DNA from: Scenedesmus sp. PABB004
Taxonomy: Eukaryota
Direction: 5' to 3'
NCBI GenBank assembly: GCA_014905635.1
Contig: JABVCE010000021.1
Coordinates: forward strand, 434,001-498,000
Length of the DNA stretch: 64,000 nucleotides
Shown: positions 25,482 through 36,449 of the stretch, in pieces
Layout: the number at the start of each line of letters is the position of its first letter
Position numbering within the stretch: position 1 is the first letter of the stretch
Translations under genes and position numbers: made by a program
Notes under the pieces: model-generated
The model's database searches: none
Told to the model about the DNA's origin: nothing
Seen by the model: only the letters and a program-made list of their open reading frames with translations

Positions 25482-27540
25482 ATGCAGCACAACCCGCTCT
25501 TCACGGCCGCCCGGGCGGGCGGCCCCAGCCCCGACGATGCATCGACGCGGTGGGCGTCGCCGCTGCTGTGAAGCGCGCGTGGATTTCAAGCGCCGCGCCG
25601 ACAGCTGCGGCCGCTGCTGTGGCCGGCCAGCATGCTCCCCCGGCCCCCCAACGCGCCACGGCCGCCCCGCCGCCGCCCGCAGAGCCCACCCCGCGCCCGC
25701 GAGCGCTGCTGCGGCCCCGCGGCGGCGCTTTTGCAGCTGCTGCGCGGCGGTGCCGTGGCTGCCGCTGCTCTGCGCTCTCATCGCCGCGGCGGCGCTGATC
25801 GTCTGGTGCGCCTCTGCGCATTTCGTGCGCCTCTGGGCGATTGCATGGGCGCTGGGGCCTGTCCGGCCGCGCCCCGAGCCCCGCGAACGCGCGCGCGCGC
25901 GCGATGAGCTGCTCATCGCGGCCGCCGCGCCCGCGGCCCGCGCGGCCGCAGGTCGGTGCACACAGGCAGGGCGGTCCCCGTGGCGCTCGCGGTGCTGGCC
26001 CGGCTCGGCGCGCCGACGGCGACCGTCGCCGCCGTGGGCGGCGGCGAGGCGATGCTGCGCACCGCGCTGATCGCGGGCTCGAGCGGCGCGGCGGGCCTCG
26101 CGCTGCTCCTGGGCGCGCTGCGCCAGCGCCAGCTGGCCCGCAAGCGCGCGGCGCTGACCTTTGAGGGTGCGGTGCGCGCCCGCGGCCGCCACGCCGCCGC
26201 GCCTCAGCAGCTGCGCGCGAGCGCGCCGCCCGCCCCCGCCCCGTCGGCCCGCAGACTGGCCCTCCGGCTGGCGCGCACGCGCGTTCGTGGCCGCGGCGGG
26301 GCTCTGCGCCACGGCACTGTGGGTGGTCCTGGCGGGGCTGGCGGCGGTTTTGGCCGTCACCTTTGCCTGCACGGCGGCGGGCGCGGCCGGCAGCGCTGCG
26401 GCGAGCCGAGGTCTGAGGTGCGCCTGGGGCGCCGGGGCTCGCGCGCGCCCAGCGCGCCACACCCGCAGCAGCGGCGGGCGCTGTGTGACGCGCGCCGCCC
26501 GATCGACCGGCGCCGCAGCGCCGCCGCCGGGAGCAACGCGACCTCCACTGCAGCCGGGTGCGCGGCGACCTGCCTGGACTTGCGGATCCTCGCTGGTGAG
26601 GCTGCGCTGCTGGGGGCGCGCGGCCCGGCGCCAGCCGGCTGCGGCGCCAGCAGAGGGCGCGCCTGGCGCGACGCCCGACCCGTGCGCCGCGCGCCGCGCG
26701 CCGCGCACCGCGCGCCGCGCACCGCGCACCGCACACCGCACAGGCCTGGTCGGGGGCACGCCGGGCCCCGGCGCGTGCGTGTGCCAAGGCAAGTTGCAGG
26801 AGCTGCAGGTGGAGCTCGCGGGCGCGGCGCGGGACGGCGTCGTGGCGTGCACCGCGCTGGCGGCGCTGATGGCCGCGAGCTCCTGGCTGCTGCTCCTGGC
26901 CGTCGCGCAGCTCGCGTCGGCGCGGCGCGACGCGCTCGACGCGGCGCTGCTGGGCGCGGCGGGCACGGCGACGGCGCGCGGCAGCGCGGCCGACCGCGCA
27001 ATCAGCGACTGGCTGCGCTCGCCGACGCCCTCGGGCGGCGGCGGCGGCGGCTTTGACGTCAAGAGCGACCAGCAGCGCCAGGCGGCGCTCATGGCGCCGG
27101 AGCTGCGGGCGAGCCTGTCGCCCAGCAAGCACCGCACGGCGGGGGCCTCCGGCGGCGGCGACCTGAGGCTGGTGAGCTGCCCGCGCTGGCGAGCTGGCGG
27201 GCTGCGCCCCCACGAGGGCGCAGCGCTGCCGCTGGCCCGCCACCCGCCTCTCTCACCGCGCGCCGCTGCCGCCCCCTGCCCGCAGGCGGCCGACGTCGAG
27301 CAGCCCGCCCTGCACGGCCGTGCAGACCAGCTGGCCGCCGCGCCCTGCCCCGCCGCGCTGGCGCCGCCCGGCGACGTATCGCGCGGCTGGGCCCATGGCG
27401 GCGCCGCGGCTCGGCCGCAGGCGGCGGCTGGGCCGCAGGCGGCGGCTGGGCCGCAGGCGGCAGCTGGGCCGCAGGCGGCGGGCCAGCAGCCGCTGGGCGC
27501 GCCGCGGCGGCCCGGCCAGGCGCGCCGGCGCTGGCAGTGA
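25482..27540 (+). CDS. Four-TM membrane protein A, proteolipid/M6-like (tentative family), multi-exon
   Basis: Spliced product: ..RRFCSCCAAVPWLPLLCALIAAAALIVWC (TM1), TM2, TM3 ..LWVVLAGLAAVLAVTFAC, loop SNAT..GCAATCLDLRILAGLV..ACVCQ, TM4 ..ALAALMAASSWLLLLAVAQLASARRD. The splice phases I checked are consistent. Confidence 0.7.
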
Positions 27541-27982
27541 TCATCGGAGGCGCTCGCCCGCCAGCGCAGTGTTTACACAGCAGCAGCACGCAGGCCCGGC
27601 TGAGAAGAGGAGCGAGGGGTGCCCGAGCGGCGGCCGCCGTCTGCGGTCGAACAACTCACAAGCCAGGGCAGTGACGCAGTGAGGCGAGGGACAGTGTGAA
27701 GTGTAAGTGGGTGCTCAAACCGACGTGCGCCTTCCGCTCGTGATTCAAAGCGCTCGTGCTTCCTCGAGTCGCACAGGCATGCCGGGACCACACCAACGAG
27801 GCCTGACTGGCCGTCCAATGCAGATGTTTCAGCACTCCGCCAGTGTCAATGGTGTTCGGCAAGGGGTGGTCGTGCGCGCCCCCCAGGCTCTGGGTTGCCA
27901 GCTGCGCCGGCGCGGTCTTGCCAGTGCGTGCAAGTGTGCGTGCTGCGGTCCGATAGCAGTCGCCACCCCCCGCCTAGGTGGC

Positions 27983-29760
27983 CTAGGCCACCTGCATCTC
28001 TGCCTTGCCCAGCAGGTGGCCCACCACCGCCCTCACGAGCGGGAAATAGGGCCAGCAGTGCACGGCGACGAGCGCGATCTGGGCGTTGTCCAGGCTCAGG
28101 AGCATCGCCCAGCCAAAGACCATGATCGCGGCCCGCCCGCGCACCAGGTTGCGCTGGACCGCGTCCAGCAGCGCCTCGTGGTCGGCCAGGTCCAGGCCGT
28201 GCCCCGCCGGCCGCAGGCGCTGCAGTGCGAGGCAGCCCGCGCCGGCGCGCGCCGCCGCGCCGGGCGCGCGCAGGCAGGCGAGCGCCATGCCGGCGGCGAG
28301 CGCGTCGCGCGGCGCCGCGCCGCCGGCGGGCACCGCCGCCGCGGCGGCGGCGCCCGGCTCGGCCAGCTCCGCCGCGCGGGCCAGCCGCGCGAGCAGCGCG
28401 CGGCGCTCTGCGTTGAGCGCCGCCATCGCGCGCTCGTAAAGCGCCCATGCCGCCTCGAGCTGGCTGCGCTGCTCGGCGCGCAGCGTCACCTCGCGCGCCG
28501 CGCGCCCCCAAAACTCGCTGCGGACCGGGTCGTGCCGCCCCGTGGACAGGTTGATGGTGTACAGGCCCAGCCGGCCGCTGTCAGCGCCGCCGCCGCGCCG
28601 CCGCCGCCGTCGTCGCTGGCGCCGCCCCCTGCTCCGGCGGGGACGCCGGCGTGGCGGCTGACCTTCCAGAGCGAAAGGGCCTCCAGCAGGTTGAACGGAA
28701 AGGGCGGGTAGCCGGTGCCGTCCAGGCGCGGCCCCGGCACGCCCGTGGGCGACTCGCTGGCCGGCGGCGGCGGCGCCGGCGGCGGCGCCCCGGCCGCGTG
28801 GTGGCGGGCGAGGCACGGCGCGAGCGCCCCGCCCGCGAGCCGCGCGGTCACGCCGTTGACGTACTCTCTGTACCGCGCCCACAGGGCGGGGGCCTCCTGG
28901 AGGTGCTGCTGCCGCGCGGCGTGGCGCTTGAGCAGCTGCTGCTGCCGCGCGATGCCGCCGCGCCCGCCCCGCGCCGCGGGCGCGCCGAGAGCGCCGCGGC
29001 CGGCCGCGTCGCCGCTGCCGGCGGCTGCCGCGTCGTCGGGCGGGCCCAGGCTCAGGTTGAGGTTGGCCAGCTGCGCCACCAGGACCTCCTGGTTGCGCTG
29101 CGCCGCCTCGATGGCGGCGAGGCGGCTCGTGAGGCGGCGGTGCTCGGCCTCCAGCGCCTCGGCCTGCGCGGCCTTGGCCGCGACCTCCGCCTCCAGCCCC
29201 GCGACCTGCGCGCCGCGTGGCGGCGGCGGGCGTCGTTGTGGCAGCCGCGGCGGCGCGGGCGGCTCCGCGCCGGCGCGCACGCGGCGCGAGGCCCGCCCCA
29301 CCAGCTGCGCCCGCTTGGCCTTGTGCTTCTTGACCGCCAGGAAGCGCCGCGCATGCTTGGCGGCGGCAGCGGCACGCGCGGCGGCGGCGGCAGCGCCGCC
29401 GTGCCCGGCCCGCTGCTGCTGGGCCGCGGCCGGCCGCGCCGGCGGCGCCCGCTGCGGCTCTGGCGCCTGCTGCTGCTGCTGCTGGTGCTGCGTCGCCCGG
29501 CCCGGCCACTGCGACAGCGCCGCCTCCAGCGCGCCGCGCAGCGACTCCTCCGCGCTGGGGAGCGCGCGCTGCTGCGGCCGCAGCGGCACCGGCGGCTGAG
29601 GCGGCGACGGCTGCTGAGCGCCGGCCGGCGCGTCGAGCATCGGGAACAGCACGCCCATGTTGCTGGTGATCTCTCCGTCCTCCCAGGCAAACACGTCGGC
29701 CAGCATGCGGCGAAAGCTGTCGGCCGAGTCCGTCGCGCCGCCAGACAGCAGGCTCTCCAT
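27983..29760 (-). CDS. bZIP-like putative transcription factor with a C-terminal helical domain; apparent frameshift near 28596
   Basis: Basic region KHARRFLAVKKHKAKRAQL followed by heptads LEAEVAA..LEAEHRRLTSRLAAI. C-terminus FW..LRAEQRSQL..LDNAQIALVAVHCWPYFP. Confidence 0.6.
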
Positions 29761-30055
29761 GGCCGGCGATCAGCTGTTCTTCGCTGCTGCTGCTGCGCCG
29801 AGCGCTTCACTCCACTGCCGCTGCTGCCGGGCCGCCACGGCCGCCACACGAGCGCTGCTAAGAGCTCTCGCGGAGTCCGTGGCGGCCGCGGCGGAGCTGG
29901 TGGGCGGCGCTGGGCAGCGCAGCGCCGGCGCGGCGCGCCTGCCGCCGCAGCTCGGCCGCCGCCGGCCGCGCCGGCACTGCCCCGACGTGCGGGTGGAGCG
30001 CCCTACGGTGTGTGAGCCGTCGGTGGAGGCGAGCGCGGCTTGAGGCGCCCGGCGC

Positions 30056-30593
30056 CGGCGGGGTTCTGCCCGCGTGCCCGGCGGAACGCGGGCCGCGTGA
30101 CGCGGCGGGCGCGAGCGCCCCGGGCCGCGCCTCCCAGCCGCGCCCGCGCCGCCGCTGGCGTGCTGAGCGCTGGTGGCAGGCCCTGGCCAGCGATGAGCTC
30201 GATGAGCTCGATGGCGGAGGCAGCAGCCGTTGACCGCAGCGTCACCACCGGTCGACACCCCACGCACGCCAGGCACCCTGGGGTGCCACGCACACATCCA
30301 ACACCCAGGAAGCTTGACTGGATGGCACCTGACCCTCACCAAGCGTCCAACAGCCGCCGCGCAGCCGCGTCGTCGCACAGTGAGCCCCGGCGGCCTCAAC
30401 CGCGCGGGCGCTTGGCAGCGGCTCGCTGCCGCTCGCTGCCGCGCCCCGCGGCGCCCGGCGGCGCCCGGCGAGGCGCCTGGCGGCTCGGGAGGGCCCGGGC
30501 GCGGTCTGGAGGGCAAGAAAAAGGCATCCACCCGTTGCAGGGATCGAACCTGCGACCCTCGCCTTGTCCCTTGCGGGGAGGGGAAATAGGAAA
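30056..30593 (-). repeat. Inverted repeat, right arm (partner 24822-25339)
   Basis: Reverse complement matches the left arm. Confidence 0.93.
30529..30593 (-). pseudogene. 5'-truncated tRNA-Arg(CCT) copy retaining anticodon loop, intron, T arm and 3' acceptor strand
   Basis: Matches 24822-24886, but the 5' acceptor strand and D arm (A box) are absent. Confidence 0.88.
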
Positions 30594-30706
30594 AGCCCCG
30601 ACCCGGCCTGTGCAGCGCACGGAGCACGGGTCGGCGGCGGCGGGCCAGGGGCGGCCGCTTGGAGCGACAGCGCCGGTGGCCCACCTCGCCGGGGCCGCGC
30701 CGCCCA

Positions 30707-31261
30707 CGCCGGAGCGCGCAGACGCGGGCGTCGCCGGCGGGTTCGGAAAGCCCCGCCCGCGCGCCCCAGTTAAGGTCGGCATTTAGTTTAGGGGCGGCCG
30801 TTCAAACGCGCGCCAGGCGACACACGCGGGCAGCGCACGCACGCCGCCGTCGTCCCGCGCAGAGCACCGCAGGCGCAGCCGCGCGCCCCGCCCGGGGGCC
30901 GCCCCCGCCGAGGCCGGGCGCCCGCACCCGAGGTCCCGGCGGGCCGCGCAGGCGCCGCCAGGCGGCGCGGCCATGCACACCAGGGCCAGCCCCGCGCTCG
31001 CGGCGCGGGGGCGGGGCGCGCTGCAGCGCGCGCCCACGCCCCCGCGCGCGCGCAGCGCCACGGCGCGGGGCCGGAGCACCCCGCCGACAGGGCGGACGAG
31101 GGCAGCGCCTGGATCAAGGGCGCCGCGGGCGCGGCCCTGCTGGGCCTCGCCACGCTCTCGGCGGTGAGCGGCCGAGCGCGCGCGGGCGCCGGGGCGGCCG
31201 CGGCGCTTTCGCGGCGCGCCCGGGCGCGGCGCGGCGGGCGCGCGCGCCGCGGGCGAGGCGC
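30707..31261 (+). pseudogene. Direct-repeat copy of the upstream region, exon 1 and intron 1 start of the coiled-coil gene (partner 35876-36449)
   Basis: Near-identical. ATG at 30973 gives MHTRASPALAARGRG, but a 19-bp deletion shifts the frame and downstream exons are missing. Confidence 0.88.
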
Positions 31262-31310
31262 GCCCGCGCGCGCCCAGGGTGTCTCGTCTCGGTGGATCGC
31301 GGCGGCGCGG

Positions 31311-32192
31311 TCACCCCAGCATGCGCTTGGCGAGGGCCTTGACCTTTTGGTCAAAGGGCTTGGACGTGATGCGCGTGGCGGGGCCGTGGAAGGGGTTGAG
31401 CATCACCTGCGTACGCCACGGCCCGCGGCGACGCGGGCTTCGGCGGCGTCGCCGACAGCGACCGCTCCACGTGCGCAGCCCCGGCGGCGCCCGTCCGCGC
31501 GCGGGCGGGCGCGCTCTTGCGCGGGAGCGCCAGCCGCGCGGCACGCGGCGCGGCGGCGCGCATGGCGCAGCGGGGCGGGTTGGGGCGGGGCGCACCCTGA
31601 GGTGCAGCTCTGCCACCTCGGCGAAGAAGGCGCGTATCGCGTCGTCGCCGCGGCCGTCGTGCAGCAGCAGCAGGCGCGCGCCGCCGGGCGTGACGTAGGC
31701 GCTGACGAAGAGGTTGTTGAAGCGGTCGACCGTCTGCAGGGCGCGCGCCGGCGGCGGGCGCGCGGCGCGGCGCGGCAGCAGCGTAGGCGGCGGTCGGCGC
31801 GGCGCGCGCGCAGCGGCAGGGTCGGCGGCGGTCGGCGCGGCGCGGCGCGGCGCGCGCGCGCAGCGGCGCGGGACTCGGGGGCAGCGGCGGCGCGCCTTGA
31901 GGTGCAGCTCCTTCGACGCCCACATCGCCTCGTCCACCGCGTCCAGGGAGGCGTGCAGCACGAACTGGTGGAGGTACTGGGTCTGTTGCTGCGCGGCGGC
32001 GGCGCGCGGCGGGCGGCGCGCGAGCGCGCGAGCGCGTGAGCGCGTGAGCGCCGCCGCGCGCCGGCGCCGCGCGCGCCGCCGTGCGCTGGCGCCGCGCACC
32101 TCCTTGGGCCCCGTGAGGTCGACCTCGTAGATGGGCTGGTCCTGCTGGCCCACGATCACAAAGGTCAGCACGCCGCCGGCGACCGCGGCCAT
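31311..32192 (-). CDS. TRAPPC2: TRAPP complex subunit 2 (sedlin/Trs20), four exons
   Basis: FVIVGQQDQPIYE / YLHQFVLHASLDAVDE..LHLK / TVDRFNNLFVSAYVTPGGARLLLLHD / MLNPF..ITSKPFDQKVKALAK. Confidence 0.93.
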   Translation of the reverse strand: MAAVAGGVLTFVIVGQQDQPIYEVDLTGPKEVRGASARRRARRRRAAALTRSRARALARRPPRAAAAQQQTQYLHQFVLHASLDAVDEAMWASKELHLKARRRCPRVPRRCARAPRRAAPTAADPAAARAPRRPPPTLLPRRAARPPPARALQTVDRFNNLFVSAYVTPGGARLLLLHDGRGDDAIRAFFAEVAELHLRVRPAPTRPAAPCAPPRRVPRGWRSRARARPPARGRAPPGLRTWSGRCRRRRRSPRRRGPWRTQVMLNPFHGPATRITSKPFDQKVKALAKRMLG

Positions 32193-32522
32193 CGCGCGCC
32201 GGCGCCGCTGCTGAGCGGTTGCGGGGGGTTGTGTGGGGGGCGCCGCAGCTGGCGCGCGCGCGGGCGGAGCGAGAGAGTGCCGGGAGCGGTGTGGGCGATG
32301 GCAGGAGGCGGTCGCGGTCGATGGGAGAAAGACAGCTCGGGCTGCGAGGTTCCGGCACGCTGCGCCCGCAGCCGGCGCCCGCCAGCCCACACCGCCGCGT
32401 GTGCTCAACCACTGGCGCAGTCGCCCTCCCCGGCGCCCGCGCACCCCGCCGCGCTGCGCCAGGGCGCGCGGAGCTCCGGGCCTCACACGCGCACGCAGCG
32501 TGCGGCCCTTATCGGCGGCGCC

Positions 32523-34464
32523 ATGGCGTGGTCGTGTCACCAGCGACTGCCCGCGGCCGGCGCGGCGCTGGTGCGCGCGCGCGGCCAAGCGCCGCGCAGC
32601 GGCGCCGCGGGCGCGGGCGCGCGGCGGGCCACGGCGGCCAATTGCACAGGCCGGCGCCGCCGCCAGCTGCGGGGCAGCTGCGGCCTAGCCGGCACCGCCA
32701 CCACCGCCGCTGCCGCACGCCGCTGCCGCGCGCAGGCGCGCCGCCCCGCGCCGCTGGTGGCGGCGGCGCCTGGCGCGCCCCGCGCCCCGCGGCCGGCCCG
32801 CCGGCGCCTGGTGCCCCGCACGGCGGCGCCCTCGCTCGACGTAGCGCAGCCGGCCGCGTCGGCGGCGGCGCAGCAGGCGCCGGCGCCCGTCGCGGGCGAG
32901 CAGGCGCCCGGCGGCGCCCCCGCGGCGTTCAGCTGGACCGCGCAGTGGTGGCCGGTGGTGCCGGTTGACTACCTCGATCTGGCAAAGCCCCACACCGCCA
33001 CGCTGCTGGGGCACAACTACGTGGTCTGGTTCGCGCCCAAGGAGCAGAAGTGGCGCGTGCAGGCCGACCGCTGCCCGCACCGGTGGGAGCGCGCACGCTC
33101 CGGCGGCGGCGCGGCCCCGCGCAGCGCGGCGCCCCGCGGCGCCGCGGCCCTGCCGACCCACCCGCCGCGCGCAGGCTGGCGCCGCTGAGCGAGGGCCGCA
33201 TCGATGCAGACGGCACACTCATGTGCTCGTGAGTCGCGCGCCGCCCGAACCGTTCCGCCAATCGCTTTGGCTCCCGACGCGCAGCGGCGGGGGCGGCGCT
33301 GCGCGCGCAGCAGCGGCGGGGCCGGCCGAGCCGCGTCGCCGGCGCCAGCGCCGCGCCGCCCGCTCACGGCCCCCGCCCGCCCGCGCCGCGCCCAGGTACC
33401 ACGGCTGGCAGTTTGACGCGCATGGCGCGTGCGTGCGCATCCCGCAGGTGCGCGCCGCGCCACCGGGCGCGCCGCCGCCGGGCGCGCCGCCGCCGGGCGC
33501 GCCGCCGAGCGCGCCGCGCGCCGCGCCGCGCCGCGCCGCGCAGATCGGCGACGCCGCCAAGATGGCGGCCGCGTGCGCGAGCCCGCGCGCGTGCGTCGCG
33601 AGCTTCCCCACGGCCGTCGTCGACGGCGTGCTCTACGCCTGGCTCGAGTCCGGCCCCGCCGCCGAGGCGGCCGCGGCGGCGGCGCCCATCTATCGCATGC
33701 CCGAGCTCCAGGGCAGCGACAGCCCATGGTTCATGACCGAGCAGCAGGCGCGGCGCAGGGGCGCGGGGGCGCGGGCAGGCTGTGCAGCGCGGGCGGGCTG
33801 CGCGGCGCTGCGCGGCGCCGCAGCACGGGGCGCGCGCGCTCGCTGGCGGGCGGGGCGCCCGCCGGCGGCCGACCGCCGCTGGGCGCCGCAGGTCGACTAC
33901 ACGTTCTGGCTGGAGCAGGGCATGGACCCCTCGCACGCCAACTTCCTGCACCACACATGTGAGCCGCGGCGCCAGCACTGCCCGCGCGCCGGCCCGCGCC
34001 GCGCGCCGCCCCGCGCCGCGCGGCACCGCGCCCGCCGCCCACAACGACCCCGCGCCGCCCGCGCCCCCGCGCCTCGGGCCAGGCGGCTTCCCCATGTCTG
34101 ACGCGGTGCCGATGCCCGGCGAGACGCTGGCGCCGGGTGACGTCGACGTGCAGCGCGGCTACACCTGGGTGCGCGCCCCGCCGCGCCGCCCGCTCGCGCG
34201 CCCCGCCGCGCCGCCCGGTCGCGCGCCCCGCCGCGCCGCCCGCTCGCGCGCCGCGCCGCGCCGCGCCGCGCCGCGTCGGCCTCCTCACGCCGCCGCCCGC
34301 CCGCCCGCCGCGCGGCCGCCAGGTGCACGGCGAGTACAGCCGCAAAAACGCGGGCATGACAGCGGTTCGCCAGTTTGTGCCGCCCAACTCGCTGGTGTGC
34401 GCCGCGCTGCAGCGCACTGGAGGGTCGCTGCCGCCGCCGCGCGGCCCGGGGCAAACCGACCAAC

Positions 34465-34499
<35 letters not shown>

Positions 34500-35530
34500 G
34501 CAGCGAGTGGTGTACGACAAGGGCTTTGTGCGCGGCTTTGCGACGATGGGGACGCCCGTGCGCCCAGGCGTGTCGCGCGTGTTCGGGCGCTTCGCGTTTG
34601 GCCCGCCCGGCGGCAAGGCCAAGAAGGCGCCGCTGCCGTTCCGGCTGCTCGCGGCGCTGCCGCACTGGGCGCGCCCGATGTCGCCGCTCGCCGACCAGGA
34701 CGCAGTGATGAATGCAAAGCAGGCGCGGCGCGCGCGGCGGCCGCCCGGCGCGCGCGCGGCACGGCGCACGCGGCGGCCCCGCGGCGGCGGCCCCGCGCCC
34801 TGACGCCCCCGGCCCTTCCCCCGCCCGCCCGCCAGGAGGCGTACATGCGCTCCGCGGGGCTGTCGCCGCGCGACTACGCCGCGTTTGCCCGGGCCGACCA
34901 GGGCGTGCTCGCCGCGCACCGCTGGTTTGACGCGGCCGGCTACGACGCGATGTGGGCGGCGCGCGGCGTCGACCCCGAGCCCGAGCCCGCGCCTGCGCCC
35001 GCCGGCGCCGCCGTGACCGGCGGCGCCGGCAGCCCCGACGCGCCGGCCGGCGCCAACAGCGGCGCCAGCGCCCCCGGCGCCGCCGGCGCCGGGGGCAGCG
35101 CCGCCGGCGCCGGGGCAGCGGCAGCGGCAGCGCCGGGGGCGCGCGCTACGCGGCGCGGGGCTACGCGCCGCCGCCGCCCGGGGAGGCCGCGTTCTTTGAC
35201 TGGTACGAGCGGCATACCAAGCACTGCCGCTCCTGCCTCGCCGGCGCGGCGCTGCTCGCGGCGGCCGCCAACGCCGCGGCGGCCGCGGGCGTGGCGCTCG
35301 CCGTCGCCGCCGCGGCGCTCGCGGTCGGCGCGGGCACGCTCGCGCACGCGGGCGCGGCCGCGGCGGGCCTCGCCGCCGCGGGCTGCGCGTGGCTGCGCCG
35401 CGCGCTGCTGACCTACCGGCGGGACCGGTTCATCGACAGCAGCGCGCGCTGGCACGCGGCGGGCGGGCTCTCGCTCGTGCGCGGCGCGCCGATTCGCCTC
35501 GACGCCACGCCGCGGCACGTGCCGCTGTGA
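32523..35530 (+). CDS. Rieske non-heme iron oxygenase of the PAO/TIC55/PTC52 family, probably plastid-targeted; apparent frameshift near 35112
   Basis: FSWTAQWWPV; Rieske motif DRCPHRLAPLSEG..CSYHGWQF; mononuclear Fe motif EQGMDPSHANFLHH; C-terminal HTKHCRSC followed by hydrophobic helices. Confidence 0.88.
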
Positions 35531-35875
35531 GAGGACGGCGCGGCGGCGGCGGCGTGTGCTATACTAGTAACGGGACTGCAGCGTTGCTGGAGTGCAGCCC
35601 GGCTGGCTTGCAGCGGGCGGGCAGGAGCGCGAGGGCAGGAGCGTGCGAGCGGCGGAGGCGCGCGCGGCCGCTCAGCGCCGCCGCGGCCCGGGGCCGCGCC
35701 ACCGGCCGGCGCCGGTGCGTGGCCCCGGCACGCGTGGGACCCGAATGCGCTGGGCCGCGAGGCGGGGCGCGGAGGACGGCGCGCCGCACCTCGTGGCCGC
35801 CGCTGGCGGCGCCTCGGGCGGCGGCGGCGGCGGCGCAGGGCGGGCCGCGCACTGGCCGACCGCACTGCAGACGCT

Positions 35876-36449
35876 CGCCGGAGCGCGCAGACGCGGGCGT
35901 CGCCGGCGGGTTCGGAAAGCCCCGCCCGCGCGCCCCAGTTAAGGTCGGCATTTAGTTTAGGGGCGGCCGTTCAAACGCGCGCCAGGCGACACACGCGGGC
36001 AGCGCACGCACGCCGCCGTCGTCCCGCGCAGAGCACCGCAGGCGCAGCCGCGCGCCCCGCCCGGGGGCCGCCCCCGCCGAGGCCGGGCGCCCGCACCCGA
36101 GGTCCCGGCGGGCCGCGCAGGCGCCGCCAGGCGGCGCGGCCATGCACACCAGGGCCAGCCCCGCGCTCGCGGCGCGAGGGCGGGGCGCGCTGCAGCGCGC
36201 GCCCACGCCCCCGCGCGCGCGCAGCGCCACGCCGCCCCGCGCGCGCCACGGCGCGGGGCCGGAGCACCCCGCCGACAGGGCGGACGAGGGCGGCGCCTGG
36301 ATCAAGGGCGCCGCGGGCGCGGCCCTGCTGGGCCTCGCCACGCTCTCGGCGGTGAGCGGCCGCGCGCGCGCGGGCGCCGGGGCGGTCGCGGCGCTTTCGC
36401 GGCGCGCCCGGGCGCGGCGCGGCGGGCGCGCGCGCCGCGGGCGAGGCGC
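35876..36449 (+). repeat. Direct repeat, intact copy (partner 30707-31261)
   Basis: Direct sequence comparison. Confidence 0.92.

Noticed and set aside
24822..30593. Prophage or integrative element with a tRNA att-site duplication
   Set aside because: The duplication is inverted rather than direct, and the enclosed genes are spliced host-type genes with no integrase, transposase or viral hallmark.
30707..36449. LTR retrotransposon
   Set aside because: The repeats lack TG..CA ends, are a copy of a host gene 5' end, and enclose no gag/pol.
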